Sequence record: PZ465523.1
Source: a phage
Direction: 5' to 3' (one strand)
DNA length: 49,119 nt
This document shows positions 35,050 through 45,275 of this stretch, one piece after another; within the stretch, counting starts at the first letter, position 1; every line of letters begins with the position of its first letter. The notes beneath the pieces were generated by a model. That model was given only the letters and a program-made list of their open reading frames with translations, made no database searches and was not told where the DNA came from. A program made the translations under genes and the position numbers.

Positions 35050-36158
35050 AGGCAAAGCAAAGATTCGATTCAGTAAAAATCAAGGCGCACTTTGATGATA
35101 ACGGTTTTTTAGTTGACCGCCCAATCGTGGCGCGAATCGGCGCTCAGGTTTACAAAACTCCTCACGGCGATCGGGTTGAGTTCCGTCCGGCGTCCGAAGT
35201 TTTCAAGCAAGATTCCTTGCAAAGTTTTGCAGGCAAGCCGATCACAGTCGGTCACGTAACGGTGACTCCCCAAAATGCTAAGGACGTTGTTGTCGGATCG
35301 TGTGCTGGCGCTGGTATTGCTTCAGGGGTTGGCGTTGAAGTTCCTTTGAGTATTTACAGCGACTACGCGATCAGCAAAGCTAAAGCAAAAGAAGCGGGTG
35401 AATTATCTGTTGGCTACACGTCAGTAGATATTGATAAGCCTGGATGGGGTTCTAACGAGACTGGGGAATATATCTTCGAAGAGGATATGAAGCAGGATGA
35501 AGCACCGCCGGAAGGCTGGGTTAAATTTGACGCGGTACAGACTAATATCAAGGTCAACCATATCGCACTAGTTTTCAAGGGTCGTGCTGGAATTGCTAAA
35601 TTAAACCTTGATGCTGAACAGGAATTTCCGTATGATAATAACGTTCAATTAACTAACGAGGACAAGCAAATGAAAAAAATCAAGATCGACTCCGTTGATG
35701 TGGAAGTAACCGAAGACGTTGCTAACCATATCGAAAAATTAACCGCACAGATTGCCACCATTCAGGGGAAAGCTGATGGCTTCGAAGCTGAGCGCGACGC
35801 TCTTAAGGTTAAGGTTGATTCTATTCCTGAACTTGTAAAAGCAGAAGTAGAGAAGCAGAAAGCTGACGCCGCAGCACGTGCAGAAGTTACCGCAGTAGCA
35901 GAAACCGCAGGCGTCAAACATGATGGTCTTGATATCAAAGACGTCAAGATTGCCGTAGTTAAAGCCATGCTTGATAAAGATGTTAGTGAAAAATCAGACG
36001 CATATATCGACGCTATGTTTGATGTTGCTAAAGATTCTGATATCATGGCTATTCAGCGTAAAGCAGTAAAAGGCGACTCTATCGAAGATGGCAAGCAGGA
36101 AGAGAAAAACGACGCCGCACCTGTTACGCCAAATTCACGTTTAAGCAAAGTAATGTAA
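35046..36158 (+). CDS. Head scaffolding-like protein
   Basis: Position before capsid genes; C-terminal coiled-coil rich in A/E/K. Confidence 0.5.
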   Translation: MKAKQRFDSVKIKAHFDDNGFLVDRPIVARIGAQVYKTPHGDRVEFRPASEVFKQDSLQSFAGKPITVGHVTVTPQNAKDVVVGSCAGAGIASGVGVEVPLSIYSDYAISKAKAKEAGELSVGYTSVDIDKPGWGSNETGEYIFEEDMKQDEAPPEGWVKFDAVQTNIKVNHIALVFKGRAGIAKLNLDAEQEFPYDNNVQLTNEDKQMKKIKIDSVDVEVTEDVANHIEKLTAQIATIQGKADGFEAERDALKVKVDSIPELVKAEVEKQKADAAARAEVTAVAETAGVKHDGLDIKDVKIAVVKAMLDKDVSEKSDAYIDAMFDVAKDSDIMAIQRKAVKGDSIEDGKQEEKNDAAPVTPNSRLSKVM

Positions 36159-36170
36159 GGAGAAAAAATC

Positions 36171-36647
36171 ATGGCACAGATTAACGCATCTTATCAGCGC
36201 GATATGGCGATCGCCCTTCCGGGTATGGTTGCAGACACTTCCAAGTACAACATTGACGGCGCTTGTGTCGTTAACGAAGGTGATGTTTTCGTCGGTGCTG
36301 CCGTCCAGGTTGTCCAGGCTCAGGCGGTTGACGGTCATAAACTGGTTAAAGCTATGGAGGCATCTAAAGTGCCTTATGGTGTAGCCATTCGATCTCACTG
36401 GCAGACTGTGAACTCTAAAAACCAAATGGTTTATGAAGAAGGCGGCGCAATCAACGTCATGACCTCCGGTCGAGTCTGGATGCTTTCAAAATCAGAAGAA
36501 GCACCAACTTTCGGAACCGCCGTAAAACTTGACGTTGACGGTCAAGAGAAATCTGATGGCGAGATCGAAACTAACTGGACTTACGCTGGCGGCTGGACTA
36601 AATACAAAGACGTTAAGCTTGTAGAGGTTCAGTTGCATCAACTGTAA
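36171..36647 (+). CDS. Capsid-associated protein, possible decoration protein; paralog of next ORF
   Basis: Shares YNIDG-x-CV, FGAAVQVV, PYG-x-A-x-RS and WT-x-AGG blocks with 36708..37472. Confidence 0.55.
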   Translation: MAQINASYQRDMAIALPGMVADTSKYNIDGACVVNEGDVFVGAAVQVVQAQAVDGHKLVKAMEASKVPYGVAIRSHWQTVNSKNQMVYEEGGAINVMTSGRVWMLSKSEEAPTFGTAVKLDVDGQEKSDGEIETNWTYAGGWTKYKDVKLVEVQLHQL

Positions 36648-36663
36648 TTAGCGTTTAATATGG

Positions 36664-36693
36664 GGACTATCCTTTTTGGATAGTCCTTTTTTT
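36664..36693 (+). terminator. Rho-independent terminator
   Basis: GGACTATCC-ttttt-GGATAGTCC stem followed by TTTTTTT. Confidence 0.7.
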
Positions 36694-36707
36694 ATGGAGA
36701 AATTATT

Positions 36708-37472
36708 ATGGCTTACGAAAATTTAATGTTGCGACCAGCGTGTCCTGGCAATCTTTCTGATACTTCAACCTACAATATTGATGGATCTTGTGTTGCTCAG
36801 GGTGATATTGAGTTCGGCGCTGCGGTTCAGGTTGTCGGGATCGTTGATGGAGTGAAGGTTGTAAAGGCGCTTGCTGATGGTGGTACTCCTTACGGTATCG
36901 CTTTCCGTTCACAATACGAAAACCTGAGCGGTAAAATCTTAGACGGTGAAGTTTGCAACGTCGTTTCTCATGGTCGCATGTGGACCCTCACTTCTCTTGA
37001 TGAATCTCCGGCCTTATTCTCAAAGTTACAATTTGGATCTGGCGGTGTTGTTACTGGTAGCTCTGGTTCCGTAGGTTGGACATTTGCTGGCGGGTTTGTT
37101 AAGCACGATGAAGGGTACATTATTGAGGTGCAGGTGAAGCAAAATACTTTCATTACTCCACCTCCACCCACTCCTGTTGTTCTTGTTGAGTCTGCGACGA
37201 TTACCACTAACAAGGAGAGTCCGCAGCCAAACAATGCGCCTGTGCAATTTAACGTTGCCGTAAAACCTGACAACGCCACCAATAAAACTGGCGTGTGGTC
37301 TGTTGATGCTGAAAATGTTGCGACAATAGATCCAAAATCTGGCGTTCTTACTCCAATTGGTGGAGATTCAGCAGGTAGCGTAAACGTAAATTGGACGGCT
37401 AACGATGCCAGCAAAACTAAAGAATCGATCACTTATGTCTTTGATGCTACGCCAGCCGAAGAAGACTCATAA
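36708..37472 (+). CDS. Capsid-associated protein with C-terminal Ig-like extension
   Basis: N-terminal domain paralogous to 36171..36647; Pro-rich linker then beta-rich C-terminus. Confidence 0.55.
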   Translation: MAYENLMLRPACPGNLSDTSTYNIDGSCVAQGDIEFGAAVQVVGIVDGVKVVKALADGGTPYGIAFRSQYENLSGKILDGEVCNVVSHGRMWTLTSLDESPALFSKLQFGSGGVVTGSSGSVGWTFAGGFVKHDEGYIIEVQVKQNTFITPPPPTPVVLVESATITTNKESPQPNNAPVQFNVAVKPDNATNKTGVWSVDAENVATIDPKSGVLTPIGGDSAGSVNVNWTANDASKTKESITYVFDATPAEEDS

Positions 37473-37484
37473 CATAAAAATACT

Positions 37485-37512
37485 TTGACGCTTTAACAAA
37501 AAGTGCTATTAT
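37485..37512 (+). promoter_or_regulatory. Sigma70-like promoter (TTGACG, 16 nt, TATTAT) with reversed box in the spacer
   Basis: Read directly; upstream of major capsid gene. Confidence 0.55.
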
Positions 37513-37516
37513 TGAA

Positions 37517-37543
37517 GCCGTGAACATAATCACGGCTTTTTTA
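37517..37543 (+). terminator. Terminator hairpin immediately downstream of capsid promoter
   Basis: GCCGTGA-acataa-TCACGGC followed by TTTTTT; probable start site lies inside the left arm. Confidence 0.6.
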
Positions 37544-37563
37544 TTAACTAAGGAGAAGTAATC

Positions 37564-38523
37564 ATGACTACTAAAAAATTTGATGAAGCAGATAAGAGCA
37601 ATGTTGAAATGTATCTGATCCAGGCTGGCGTAAAACAGGATGCAGCCGCAACGATGGGTATCTGGACCGCTCAGGAACTACACCGCATCAAGAGCCAGTC
37701 CTATGAAGAAGACTACCCGGTAGGCTCCGCACTTCGAGTATTCCCGGTCACTACCGATCTTTCTCCGACCGACAAGACGTTTGAGTATATGACCTTTGAT
37801 AAGGTTGGCACTGCGCAGATTATCGCTGACTATACAGATGACCTGCCGCTTGTTGATGCCCTGGGTACTTCTGAGTTCGGCAAGGTATTTCGTTTGGGTA
37901 ACGCGTATCTGGTCTCAATTGATGAAATCAAAGCAGGTCAGGCAACTGGTCGACCACTGTCAACTCGCAAGGCAAGCGCATGTCAGTTAGCACACGACCA
38001 ACTGGTTAACCGCCTGGTGTTCAAAGGTTCCGTTCCGCACAAGATCGTGTCCGTGTTCAATCATCCGAACATCACCAAAATTACCTCCGGTAAGTGGATG
38101 AATGTCTCAACTCCGAAGCCGGAAACGGCTGAAGCGGAATTGACTCAGGCGATTGAAACAATCGAGACGATTACTCGCGGCCAGCACCGAGCTACCAATA
38201 TTCTGATCCCGCCGTCTATGCGTAAGGTTCTGGCGATCCGTATGCCTGAAACTACCATGTCTTACCTGGACTATTTCAAGTCTCAGAATGCGGGTATCGA
38301 AATCGACTCTATCGCAGAGCTTGAAGATATCGACGGTGCGGGTACTAAAGGCGTGCTGGTGTACGAAAAAAATCCGATGAATATGTCCATCGAGATCCCG
38401 GAAGCATTTAACATGCTGCCAGCGCAGCCGAAAGACTTGCACTTTAAAGTGCCTTGCACCTCTAAGTGTACTGGTCTTACAATTTATCGCCCGATGACTA
38501 TTGTCTTAATCACTGGCGTGTAA
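37564..38523 (+). CDS. Major capsid protein
   Basis: 319 aa; strong RBS AAGGAGAAG; promoter upstream and strong terminator downstream; position in head module. Confidence 0.7.
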   Translation: MTTKKFDEADKSNVEMYLIQAGVKQDAAATMGIWTAQELHRIKSQSYEEDYPVGSALRVFPVTTDLSPTDKTFEYMTFDKVGTAQIIADYTDDLPLVDALGTSEFGKVFRLGNAYLVSIDEIKAGQATGRPLSTRKASACQLAHDQLVNRLVFKGSVPHKIVSVFNHPNITKITSGKWMNVSTPKPETAEAELTQAIETIETITRGQHRATNILIPPSMRKVLAIRMPETTMSYLDYFKSQNAGIEIDSIAELEDIDGAGTKGVLVYEKNPMNMSIEIPEAFNMLPAQPKDLHFKVPCTSKCTGLTIYRPMTIVLITGV

Positions 38524-38530
38524 TATTATA

Positions 38531-38558
38531 GGGGCTAACTTAGTTAGTCCCTTTTTTA
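38531..38558 (+). terminator. Rho-independent terminator after capsid gene
   Basis: GGGGCTAAC-tta-GTTAGTCCC stem followed by TTTTTT. Confidence 0.7.
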
Positions 38559-38572
38559 TTGGAGAAATCAAA

Positions 38573-38860
38573 ATGGCTAAAGAAAAAACTGTTGTTATCG
38601 TAAACGTTGGTGTAGCTCTTCAGATGTTCCGTCTTGAAGATGGTTCCTTTGCTAAAGTTCTTCCAGATGAAGAGGTCACGCTTCCGGCTTCCGTTCTTGA
38701 TTTACCTGGCCTGCGTTGCTTAATTGCTCGCGAAGAAATCGAAGTTAAAGACGACAGTGCAACCAACCGCAAAATCCGCGATGAAATGGCAAAGATCACG
38801 AAGCCAGATCCGTGGGATAGCAAAAGCGTTAAAGAGCTTGAGGACGGCGGCGAATATTAA
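38573..38860 (+). CDS. Hypothetical head-tail region protein (95 aa)
   Basis: RBS GGAGAAA; flanked by terminators. Confidence 0.5.
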   Translation: MAKEKTVVIVNVGVALQMFRLEDGSFAKVLPDEEVTLPASVLDLPGLRCLIAREEIEVKDDSATNRKIRDEMAKITKPDPWDSKSVKELEDGGEY

Positions 38861-38904
38861 TCATCAAGGCGCTCACGTAGCGCCTTTTTTTATGGGGGTG
38901 AATT

Positions 38905-39315
38905 ATGAATCAAGAAACTTTAATTGCAGTTATCGAGCAAATGCGAAAGCTGGTTCCGGCACTTCGCAAGGTTCCAGACGAAACGCTTTATGCTTGGGTA
39001 GAAATGGCTGAGCTATTTGTATGCCAGAAGACCTTTAAAGATGCATACGTCAAGGCGCTTGCTCTTTATGCATTGCACCTTGCTTTCCTTGATGGGGCGC
39101 TAAAAGGTGAAGATGAGGATCTTGAATCGTACTCACGACGCGTTACGTCATTCTCCCTGAGCGGTGAATTTAGCCAGACTTTCGGAGAGGTGACGAAGAA
39201 CCAGTCAGGAAACATGATGCTATCGACGCCGTGGGGTAAGATGTTCGAACAGCTTAAAGCACGACGCCGTGGTCGATTCGCATTAATGACAGGACTCCGT
39301 GGAGGATGCCGCTAA
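38905..39315 (+). CDS. Head-tail connector / adaptor-like protein
   Basis: Position and size in the head-tail joining block. Confidence 0.45.
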   Translation: MNQETLIAVIEQMRKLVPALRKVPDETLYAWVEMAELFVCQKTFKDAYVKALALYALHLAFLDGALKGEDEDLESYSRRVTSFSLSGEFSQTFGEVTKNQSGNMMLSTPWGKMFEQLKARRRGRFALMTGLRGGCR

Positions 39316-39686
39316 TGAACTACTCACAGATTGAAAGGATGGCTCGTAAAGGCGTAGCTTTCTTCACCGATCCGTCAAGACCTATGAACCTGATAAAGCA
39401 AGGTGAATACGGATATGATGAAAACGGATTCGAGATCCCACCTATGGAAAAGGTTATTCCAATATCCGGCACGATGCGAAGACCGAACGCGCGTGAAATT
39501 GACGGGGAAACTATCCGCGCCTCAGACATTTTGGGGATCTTCAATAATGATCATGAAATAAACGAAGGTGACTATATAGAGATTGATGGCATTCGTCATG
39601 TTGTCGTTGATGCTCGCCCGGTTCAGGCGTCACTGAAACCAGTCGCCTATCGTCCAGTATTGCGGAGGGTATCAGTCGGTGGCTAA
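39315..39686 (+). CDS. Head-tail joining protein candidate
   Basis: ATG overlapping upstream stop (TAATG) with GGAGG 9 nt upstream. Confidence 0.45.
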   Translation: MNYSQIERMARKGVAFFTDPSRPMNLIKQGEYGYDENGFEIPPMEKVIPISGTMRRPNAREIDGETIRASDILGIFNNDHEINEGDYIEIDGIRHVVVDARPVQASLKPVAYRPVLRRVSVGG

Positions 39687-40122
39687 TTATCAGATTCGTA
39701 GATTTCAAGGTGAGATTGATGCGTGGATTAAGGCCGCTGAAAGCACGTTAGAACATTCCATTGAGATATTTGTAAGGGATGTTCACGATGCGCTCGTTAG
39801 TCGCTCTCCTGTCGACACAGGGCGCTTTAAGGGTAACTGGCAGATAACTTTTAACGAAATCCCTAACTACGCATTAAATCGATACGATAAAACTGGCGGC
39901 GTCGTCCGTAGTGAGGAGCAAGCCAAAACTTATGGCATGTTCAGCCGTGGAGGCGCGATAACATCCGTTCACTTCTCAAACATGTTGATTTATGCGAACT
40001 CTCTTGAGTACGGTCATTCACAACAAGCACCAAACGGCGTCGTCGGACTGGTTGCATTGAGATTGAGATCGTATATGTCAGGCGCAATAAAGCAAGCAAG
40101 GAGACAACAAAATGCACTATGA
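39679..40122 (+). CDS. Tail component, HK97 gp10-like
   Basis: GRFKGNWQ motif; GTG start with RBS GGAGGG. Confidence 0.5.
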   Translation: MANYQIRRFQGEIDAWIKAAESTLEHSIEIFVRDVHDALVSRSPVDTGRFKGNWQITFNEIPNYALNRYDKTGGVVRSEEQAKTYGMFSRGGAITSVHFSNMLIYANSLEYGHSQQAPNGVVGLVALRLRSYMSGAIKQARRQQNAL

Positions 40123-40510
40123 GTTATCAGCGGCGGCGCGAGCCGCCTTTCTGTCGAAGTATAGAGACTTTCCTCACTACATGGAAAACAGGAACTTTAC
40201 ACCGCCGAAGGATGGCGGAATGTGGCTAAGGTTCAACTACATTGAAGGGGATACGCTTTATCTATCAATTGACAGAAAGTGTAAATCTTACATCGCAATC
40301 GTTCAGATCGGCGTAGTGTTCCCTCCAGGCTCCGGCGTTGATGAGGCAAGATTGAAAGCAAAAGAGATTGCCGATTTTTTCAAAGATGGTAAAATGCTTA
40401 ACGTTGGTTATATTTTTGAGGGTGCAATCGTGCATCAAATTGTTAAACATGAAAGCGGATGGATGATTCCAGTTCGTTTCACGGTACGAGTAGACACAAA
40501 GGAGACTTAA
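40112..40510 (+). CDS. Tail completion-like protein
   Basis: Position immediately before major tail protein. Confidence 0.45.
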   Translation: MHYELSAAARAAFLSKYRDFPHYMENRNFTPPKDGGMWLRFNYIEGDTLYLSIDRKCKSYIAIVQIGVVFPPGSGVDEARLKAKEIADFFKDGKMLNVGYIFEGAIVHQIVKHESGWMIPVRFTVRVDTKET

Positions 40511-40512
40511 TT

Positions 40513-41181
40513 ATGCACTTACCAAATGGCGCGCAAATTTTCGTGGAAACCTCTCGCGGAGAAGAGATTGAGGCGACCGCTGTCACTAACGCAAAAAATC
40601 CTGTTGCTACAGTTGCATCTAAGGGCGACATGGCAAAAGGTGATTACGTTATTGTAACTCAGTCAACTTGGGCTAAGATGGTTAGTCGGGTATTGATTGT
40701 TACTGACGCTCAGGGAACAAGAATTACTCTTGCTGGAATTGACACTACTGATACTCTTGTTTTCCCGGCTGGCGGTAAGATGAGCTTTGCAAAAGTTACT
40801 GGCTGGACTGAGATTCCTTGCGTACAGGAGATTGGTCAGGACGGCGGCGAACAGCAGTACTACACTTATCAGTGTTTGTCCGACGATAAGGAGCAGCAGA
40901 TCCCGACATTTAAATCTGCGATCTCACTAACTTACACCTTCGCGCACGAATTTGATAACCCGATCTATCCAATTCTGCGTAAGCTAGATTCTTCTGGTCA
41001 GGTAACTGCGGTTCGTATGTATGTTCCAAAAGCGAACGAGATGCGCATGTGGGCTGGAATCTTGTCTTTTAACGACATTCCATCTACGCAAGTAAACGAA
41101 ATGGAAACAGTACAACTCGCCGTATCCCTGAAAGGTGATTTTACTTTCGTCTCATCCACTCTGGCATCTCCAGGAGCCTAA
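40513..41181 (+). CDS. Major tail protein
   Basis: 222 aa; RBS AGGAGA; followed by terminator and tail chaperone genes. Confidence 0.65.
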   Translation: MHLPNGAQIFVETSRGEEIEATAVTNAKNPVATVASKGDMAKGDYVIVTQSTWAKMVSRVLIVTDAQGTRITLAGIDTTDTLVFPAGGKMSFAKVTGWTEIPCVQEIGQDGGEQQYYTYQCLSDDKEQQIPTFKSAISLTYTFAHEFDNPIYPILRKLDSSGQVTAVRMYVPKANEMRMWAGILSFNDIPSTQVNEMETVQLAVSLKGDFTFVSSTLASPGA

Positions 41182-41193
41182 ATCACATCCATA

Positions 41194-41220
41194 GGGGGCT
41201 TGCGCCCCCTTCTTCATTTC
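41194..41220 (+). terminator. Terminator after major tail gene
   Basis: GGGGGC-ttgc-GCCCCC stem followed by T-rich tract. Confidence 0.6.
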
Positions 41221-41254
41221 TGTAGAATCATCGTATCAACTTTATTCACTTCAC

Positions 41255-41274
41255 TTTTAACAAAAAGTGCTATC
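41255..41274. promoter_or_regulatory. Reversed box TTTTAACAAAAAGTGCTATC directly before tail chaperone leader
   Basis: Followed by CAACCAATCAGGAGAA and ATG. Confidence 0.5.
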
Positions 41275-41293
41275 AACCAATCAGGAGAACATC

Positions 41294-41611
41294 ATGGCTA
41301 AATTCAATTTTGTGCTGGGCCAGCTTCCAGACTTCAAACTTCCGGTTACTTTCACCATGCCAAACGGTGAAGATGCTACGATTATTTTTACCGTACGCCA
41401 CCTTTCCAGCAAAGAAGTACAGGATATGTACACTAAGCAGGGAGAAATGAATGATAGCGATTTTATCACCAAGATCGCGTCCGGTTGGAATATTGAAGAA
41501 GAATTTAACGAAGAGAACGCGCGAAAACTGGTCCAGTATTACCCTTCCGCAGCGTACAATCTGACAGCCACTTATATTAAGGCTCTCGCCGGACACCGCG
41601 CAAAAAACTAA
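41294..41611 (+). CDS. Tail assembly chaperone (lambda G-like)
   Basis: Position between major tail and tape measure genes; acidic protein; ends just after slippery heptamer. Confidence 0.65.
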   Translation: MAKFNFVLGQLPDFKLPVTFTMPNGEDATIIFTVRHLSSKEVQDMYTKQGEMNDSDFITKIASGWNIEEEFNEENARKLVQYYPSAAYNLTATYIKALAGHRAKN

Positions 41612-41928
41612 AAAGGGCGGTTTATCTGTTATATCAGAAACCGCCGACAGAAGAGCAATTACGATCGGTTGGCCTTAGTCTTTCTGACTATGAGGACGAA
41701 GAACCGGAGACGATAATCGGCGACGCTGAGATGGTTAAGTCGTGGAATGTTTTTACGTCAATGCTAACTCAGTGGAGAAGTTCAGGCGCTGGCGCTTATG
41801 GTCTTGATTATAATGTTTTGCCTATGTTGTTCAAAATCTATAAAATAGATGATGAAGAACTGGCATTGCAGGACGTTAGAATCATGGAAGCGAAAGCGCT
41901 TGAAATGATTGCTAAGCAGAATAACTAA
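41294..41928 (+). CDS. Tail assembly chaperone frameshift product (GT-like), via -1 shift at A_AAA_AAC 41602..41608
   Basis: -1 frame is open from slippery site to stop at 41928; hairpin GGCGG...CCGCC starts 8 nt downstream. Confidence 0.55.
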
Positions 41929-41950
41929 GCCGCCGTTTGGCGGTTTTTTC
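41929..41950 (+). terminator. Terminator-like hairpin before tape measure gene
   Basis: GCCGCC-gtttg-GCGG followed by TTTTTT. Confidence 0.5.
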
Positions 41951-41966
41951 GTATATAGGGGACTAT

Positions 41967-44840
41967 ATGATTGATAAAGTAGCAGGTTTGTCTCTTGACG
42001 TTGACGTGTCAACAGTACAGCGCGCAGTCAAGTCACTGAAGGAGTTTTCAAGGGCCAACGACCAGGCCGCTGACTCTATGGGATCTTTGATCAATGAGGC
42101 AGAAGTAGCGAAGCAGAAGGCTAAAGAACACGCAGAACAACTCAAGCGACAGAGAAAAGAGTACGAAGCGGTAGAGAAAGCAATCGATCCTACAGTTGCA
42201 AAAATGGAGAGGTTAAAAGTTGCTTCCCAGCAGCTTGATAAACTCTGGCAGCAAGGCGTCGTTCCAGATGACACGTTTTTCCGTTTAGGTGAAATGCTGG
42301 ATATGCAAAACGCAAAACTTGCTCGCAGTCGGGCGATGCTGACGGAAGAGGGTCAGGCTGCATTGCAGGAAGCGAAAGCAAAAGAGCAGGCGGCAGCACG
42401 AAGCAAGGCATTCATGGATGCCCTGAATGGTCAAGTTAACGCGATCGGCAAGACTCACGCTGAATTGATGGAACTGAAAGCGGCTGAGCTTGGCTTATCG
42501 AAAGAAGCAGCGCCACTAATCGCAAAACTGAAAGATCAGGGTCGGGCAATGAATGCCGCAGGTATTAGCGCAGGGCAATATAGGCAGGCAATGCGAATGC
42601 TTCCTGCACAGATTACAGACGTCGTTACATCTCTTGCGTCCGGTATGCCAGTTTGGATGGTTGCCATCCAGCAAGGCGGCCAAATCAAGGATTCTTTCGG
42701 CGGGATCGGCAACACGTTTAAGGTATTGCTCAGTTATATTAATCCGGTCACAGCAGGTATTGGTGTTCTTGTCGGCTCTTTAGGTCTTCTTGCGAAAGCT
42801 GGTTATGACTCTTACAAGTCAATCACTGATATGCAAAACGCCCTCATTGAGACTGGCGGTTATGCAGGCGTTACGGCTGATGACCTTGATTCTGTTGCCA
42901 AAAAGATCGCACAGACAAGCAACTCAACCGTTGGAAGTGTTCGTGATATTGTAACGGAGTTGGCGAGTTCTGGTAAGTACACCCGCGAGCAGATCAAGAA
43001 CATCACTAAGGCGACGGCTGAGTGGTCGTCAGCAACTGGAAAATCAGCAAGCCAAATCATTGCTGAGTTCGACAAAATCGCAAGCGATCCGGTTAAAGGT
43101 CTGGAGAAGTTAAACGAACAATATAACTTCCTGGAGAAAGGACAACTGACATATATCGACACGCTAAGCCGCACTAAGGGTGAGACTGAGGCGGTGTCTG
43201 AAGCCACGAAATTATTCGCAGAAGTTATGGAGAAGCGAATGAAGTCGATCGCAGACAATGCCACACCTCTTGAAAAAATGTGGAACGATATTAAGCAGTG
43301 GGCATCTGATGCGTGGGGATGGGTAGGGGATCATACTCTCGGGGCGCTTAACCTGATTATTGATGTGGTTCAGGGTACAGTGATTCAGGTAAAAATGATT
43401 CTTGCGAAAGGTGATGAGTACATCTCAAACTTTATCGCATCTGCAATCAAGGCCACGCAATCCCTGCCTGGCATGAGTGATTTTGGTGCCGATGTGCTGA
43501 AGGAGCAGGAGAACATCGTAAAAAGTTCTCGCGACAACTACGACCAGTTGGCATCCGAGCTTGACGCTATTAACGCTCGTGTAGAAAAAGGAGAGATGGG
43601 ATACGTTGAAGCGATGAAGCAGCGCCGCACTCTTGAAAAGCAGTACAGTGAGGAAACTAAGGAAGCAATAAGGAAAGAAGCTGAAGAGATCGAGAAGCGA
43701 AACCGAGAGCGAAATAAGCAGTCGAAAATTGTACGTTCACCGACAGAGCAATTCGACAAGGAGTTAATTTCACTCAAAGCGCAGCTTAAGGTTTTGCAGG
43801 AGCACAAGGGGATCGGGCAAAAACTTTCCGCACAGAGAAAGGCGCTTTTTACAACCGAGGCTACGATTGCTGTTCTTCGTGAAGCCAGTTCTAAGCGTCA
43901 GTTGTCTACGGAAGAAAAAGCACTACTTGCAAACCAGGAGAAAGTTTTAGAGCTTGCGAAACAGAAGGCTGAGATTGGCGATCAGATTGTTAAGCAGCAG
44001 CAGTTGAACGCTCTTACCGATAAATCACTGAAATTTGTCAATGATTTGACGGCAGCTACAGAGCAGCTAAACGCGTCTCGCGGGATGAGCACCCGAGAAA
44101 TGGAGCGACAAGCTGAGTTGGCTAAGATCACCACTGATTATATTAATGCAGGTGGCAGCGAAGGAGATGAGAAACTCCAGAACATGATCAAGGCACAAAA
44201 TGATTACTATGCCGCTGAAGATGCCAAGCGTGCTGACTGGTTGGCAGGTGCTGAAAGCGCATTTGCAGATTACGGCGATTCTGCAATGGATATGTATGGT
44301 AACGTATATGATATCGCGTCAAGTTCACTTAACGGAATGAGTGATATGATGACCCAATTCCTGACTACAGGTAAGGCAAACTTTGAGGACTTTGCGAAAA
44401 ACATCATTAGCATGATTATAAAGATGATTGCTCAGATGGTAATCTTCAATACGATCTCAGGCATGATGGGCGGTAAGACGTGGAGCTTTGCTGGAGTGGC
44501 GTCGTCTGGTGCTTCTGTGGCATCACAGGCAACTCCTACGCCTGCCGCCTCCGGTTTTAGGTCTTTATCATCTGGCGTTGCTGTTACCTCGCTTGCTGCC
44601 GCAGCTGGTAGTGTGGCAACATCTGGATTTAACGCATCTAAAGCAGCGCCGAAGGCAGTAAACCAATCAGCAGGTGGGACGGTCGTTGACGTTAGGGGTA
44701 TGGAGGTTAAAGTTGACAACGGTTCAGATCCGAGAGGCATTTCTCAGGGTGTAGAAATGATGTTCAAAAAAATGATTCGTGAGTCTTGTTCTCAGGGCGG
44801 CGAGGTTTATAATTACATTCAGGAAAAAACAGGAGGTTAA
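41967..44840 (+). CDS. Tail tape measure protein
   Basis: 958 aa; long coiled-coil region and Gly/Ser/Ala-rich C-terminal part. Confidence 0.8.
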   Translation: MIDKVAGLSLDVDVSTVQRAVKSLKEFSRANDQAADSMGSLINEAEVAKQKAKEHAEQLKRQRKEYEAVEKAIDPTVAKMERLKVASQQLDKLWQQGVVPDDTFFRLGEMLDMQNAKLARSRAMLTEEGQAALQEAKAKEQAAARSKAFMDALNGQVNAIGKTHAELMELKAAELGLSKEAAPLIAKLKDQGRAMNAAGISAGQYRQAMRMLPAQITDVVTSLASGMPVWMVAIQQGGQIKDSFGGIGNTFKVLLSYINPVTAGIGVLVGSLGLLAKAGYDSYKSITDMQNALIETGGYAGVTADDLDSVAKKIAQTSNSTVGSVRDIVTELASSGKYTREQIKNITKATAEWSSATGKSASQIIAEFDKIASDPVKGLEKLNEQYNFLEKGQLTYIDTLSRTKGETEAVSEATKLFAEVMEKRMKSIADNATPLEKMWNDIKQWASDAWGWVGDHTLGALNLIIDVVQGTVIQVKMILAKGDEYISNFIASAIKATQSLPGMSDFGADVLKEQENIVKSSRDNYDQLASELDAINARVEKGEMGYVEAMKQRRTLEKQYSEETKEAIRKEAEEIEKRNRERNKQSKIVRSPTEQFDKELISLKAQLKVLQEHKGIGQKLSAQRKALFTTEATIAVLREASSKRQLSTEEKALLANQEKVLELAKQKAEIGDQIVKQQQLNALTDKSLKFVNDLTAATEQLNASRGMSTREMERQAELAKITTDYINAGGSEGDEKLQNMIKAQNDYYAAEDAKRADWLAGAESAFADYGDSAMDMYGNVYDIASSSLNGMSDMMTQFLTTGKANFEDFAKNIISMIIKMIAQMVIFNTISGMMGGKTWSFAGVASSGASVASQATPTPAASGFRSLSSGVAVTSLAAAAGSVATSGFNASKAAPKAVNQSAGGTVVDVRGMEVKVDNGSDPRGISQGVEMMFKKMIRESCSQGGEVYNYIQEKTGG

Positions 44841-44842
44841 TA

Positions 44843-45196
44843 ATGGCGACACTTGACACTTTCGGTTGGTGTACGCAGGTTCAAGGGGGCGGTGGCTCCC
44901 TTACCACTACCAATAACGACCGCTCCATCCAGTTTGGTAATGGCTACATGCAGCTTGCATTGTCTGGATTTAACACCACTCGACGCGAGTATTCAGTTGT
45001 CTATGCCGGGGAAGATTTCATGGATGTTTACGACTTCTGCGATTCTCACCGCATTAAGCCGTTCGCATGGATGCCGCCGGACGGGAAGATCGGGATATGG
45101 GTTGTCAAGCCTAACAGCCTGGGAGCGAAGCCAGTATCACGCGACGTGATGGAGATTAACGTAACGTTTATTGAGCAGTTTACATCTATGAAATAG
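44843..45196 (+). CDS. Minor tail protein (lambda M-like)
   Basis: Size and position after tape measure; RBS AGGAGG. Confidence 0.65.
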   Translation: MATLDTFGWCTQVQGGGGSLTTTNNDRSIQFGNGYMQLALSGFNTTRREYSVVYAGEDFMDVYDFCDSHRIKPFAWMPPDGKIGIWVVKPNSLGAKPVSRDVMEINVTFIEQFTSMK

Positions 45197-45212
45197 CGCC
45201 ACATAACAAAAG

Positions 45213-45234
45213 CCCGCCTTGCGCGGGTTTTTTT
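45213..45234 (+). terminator. Rho-independent terminator (cassette copy 1)
   Basis: CCCGCCTTGCGCGGG followed by TTTTTTT, then TAGAAT. Confidence 0.7.
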
Positions 45235-45275
45235 GTAGCTGTAGAATGGTTGCTGGTAAACAAGAGGAAAAATCA

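Noticed and set aside
42860-43264. Antisense ORFs inside the tape measure gene (for example 42860..43264, 43538..43807, 44432..44740)
   Set aside because: Fully contained in a 958-aa gene with clear coiled-coil periodicity; no independent start signals.
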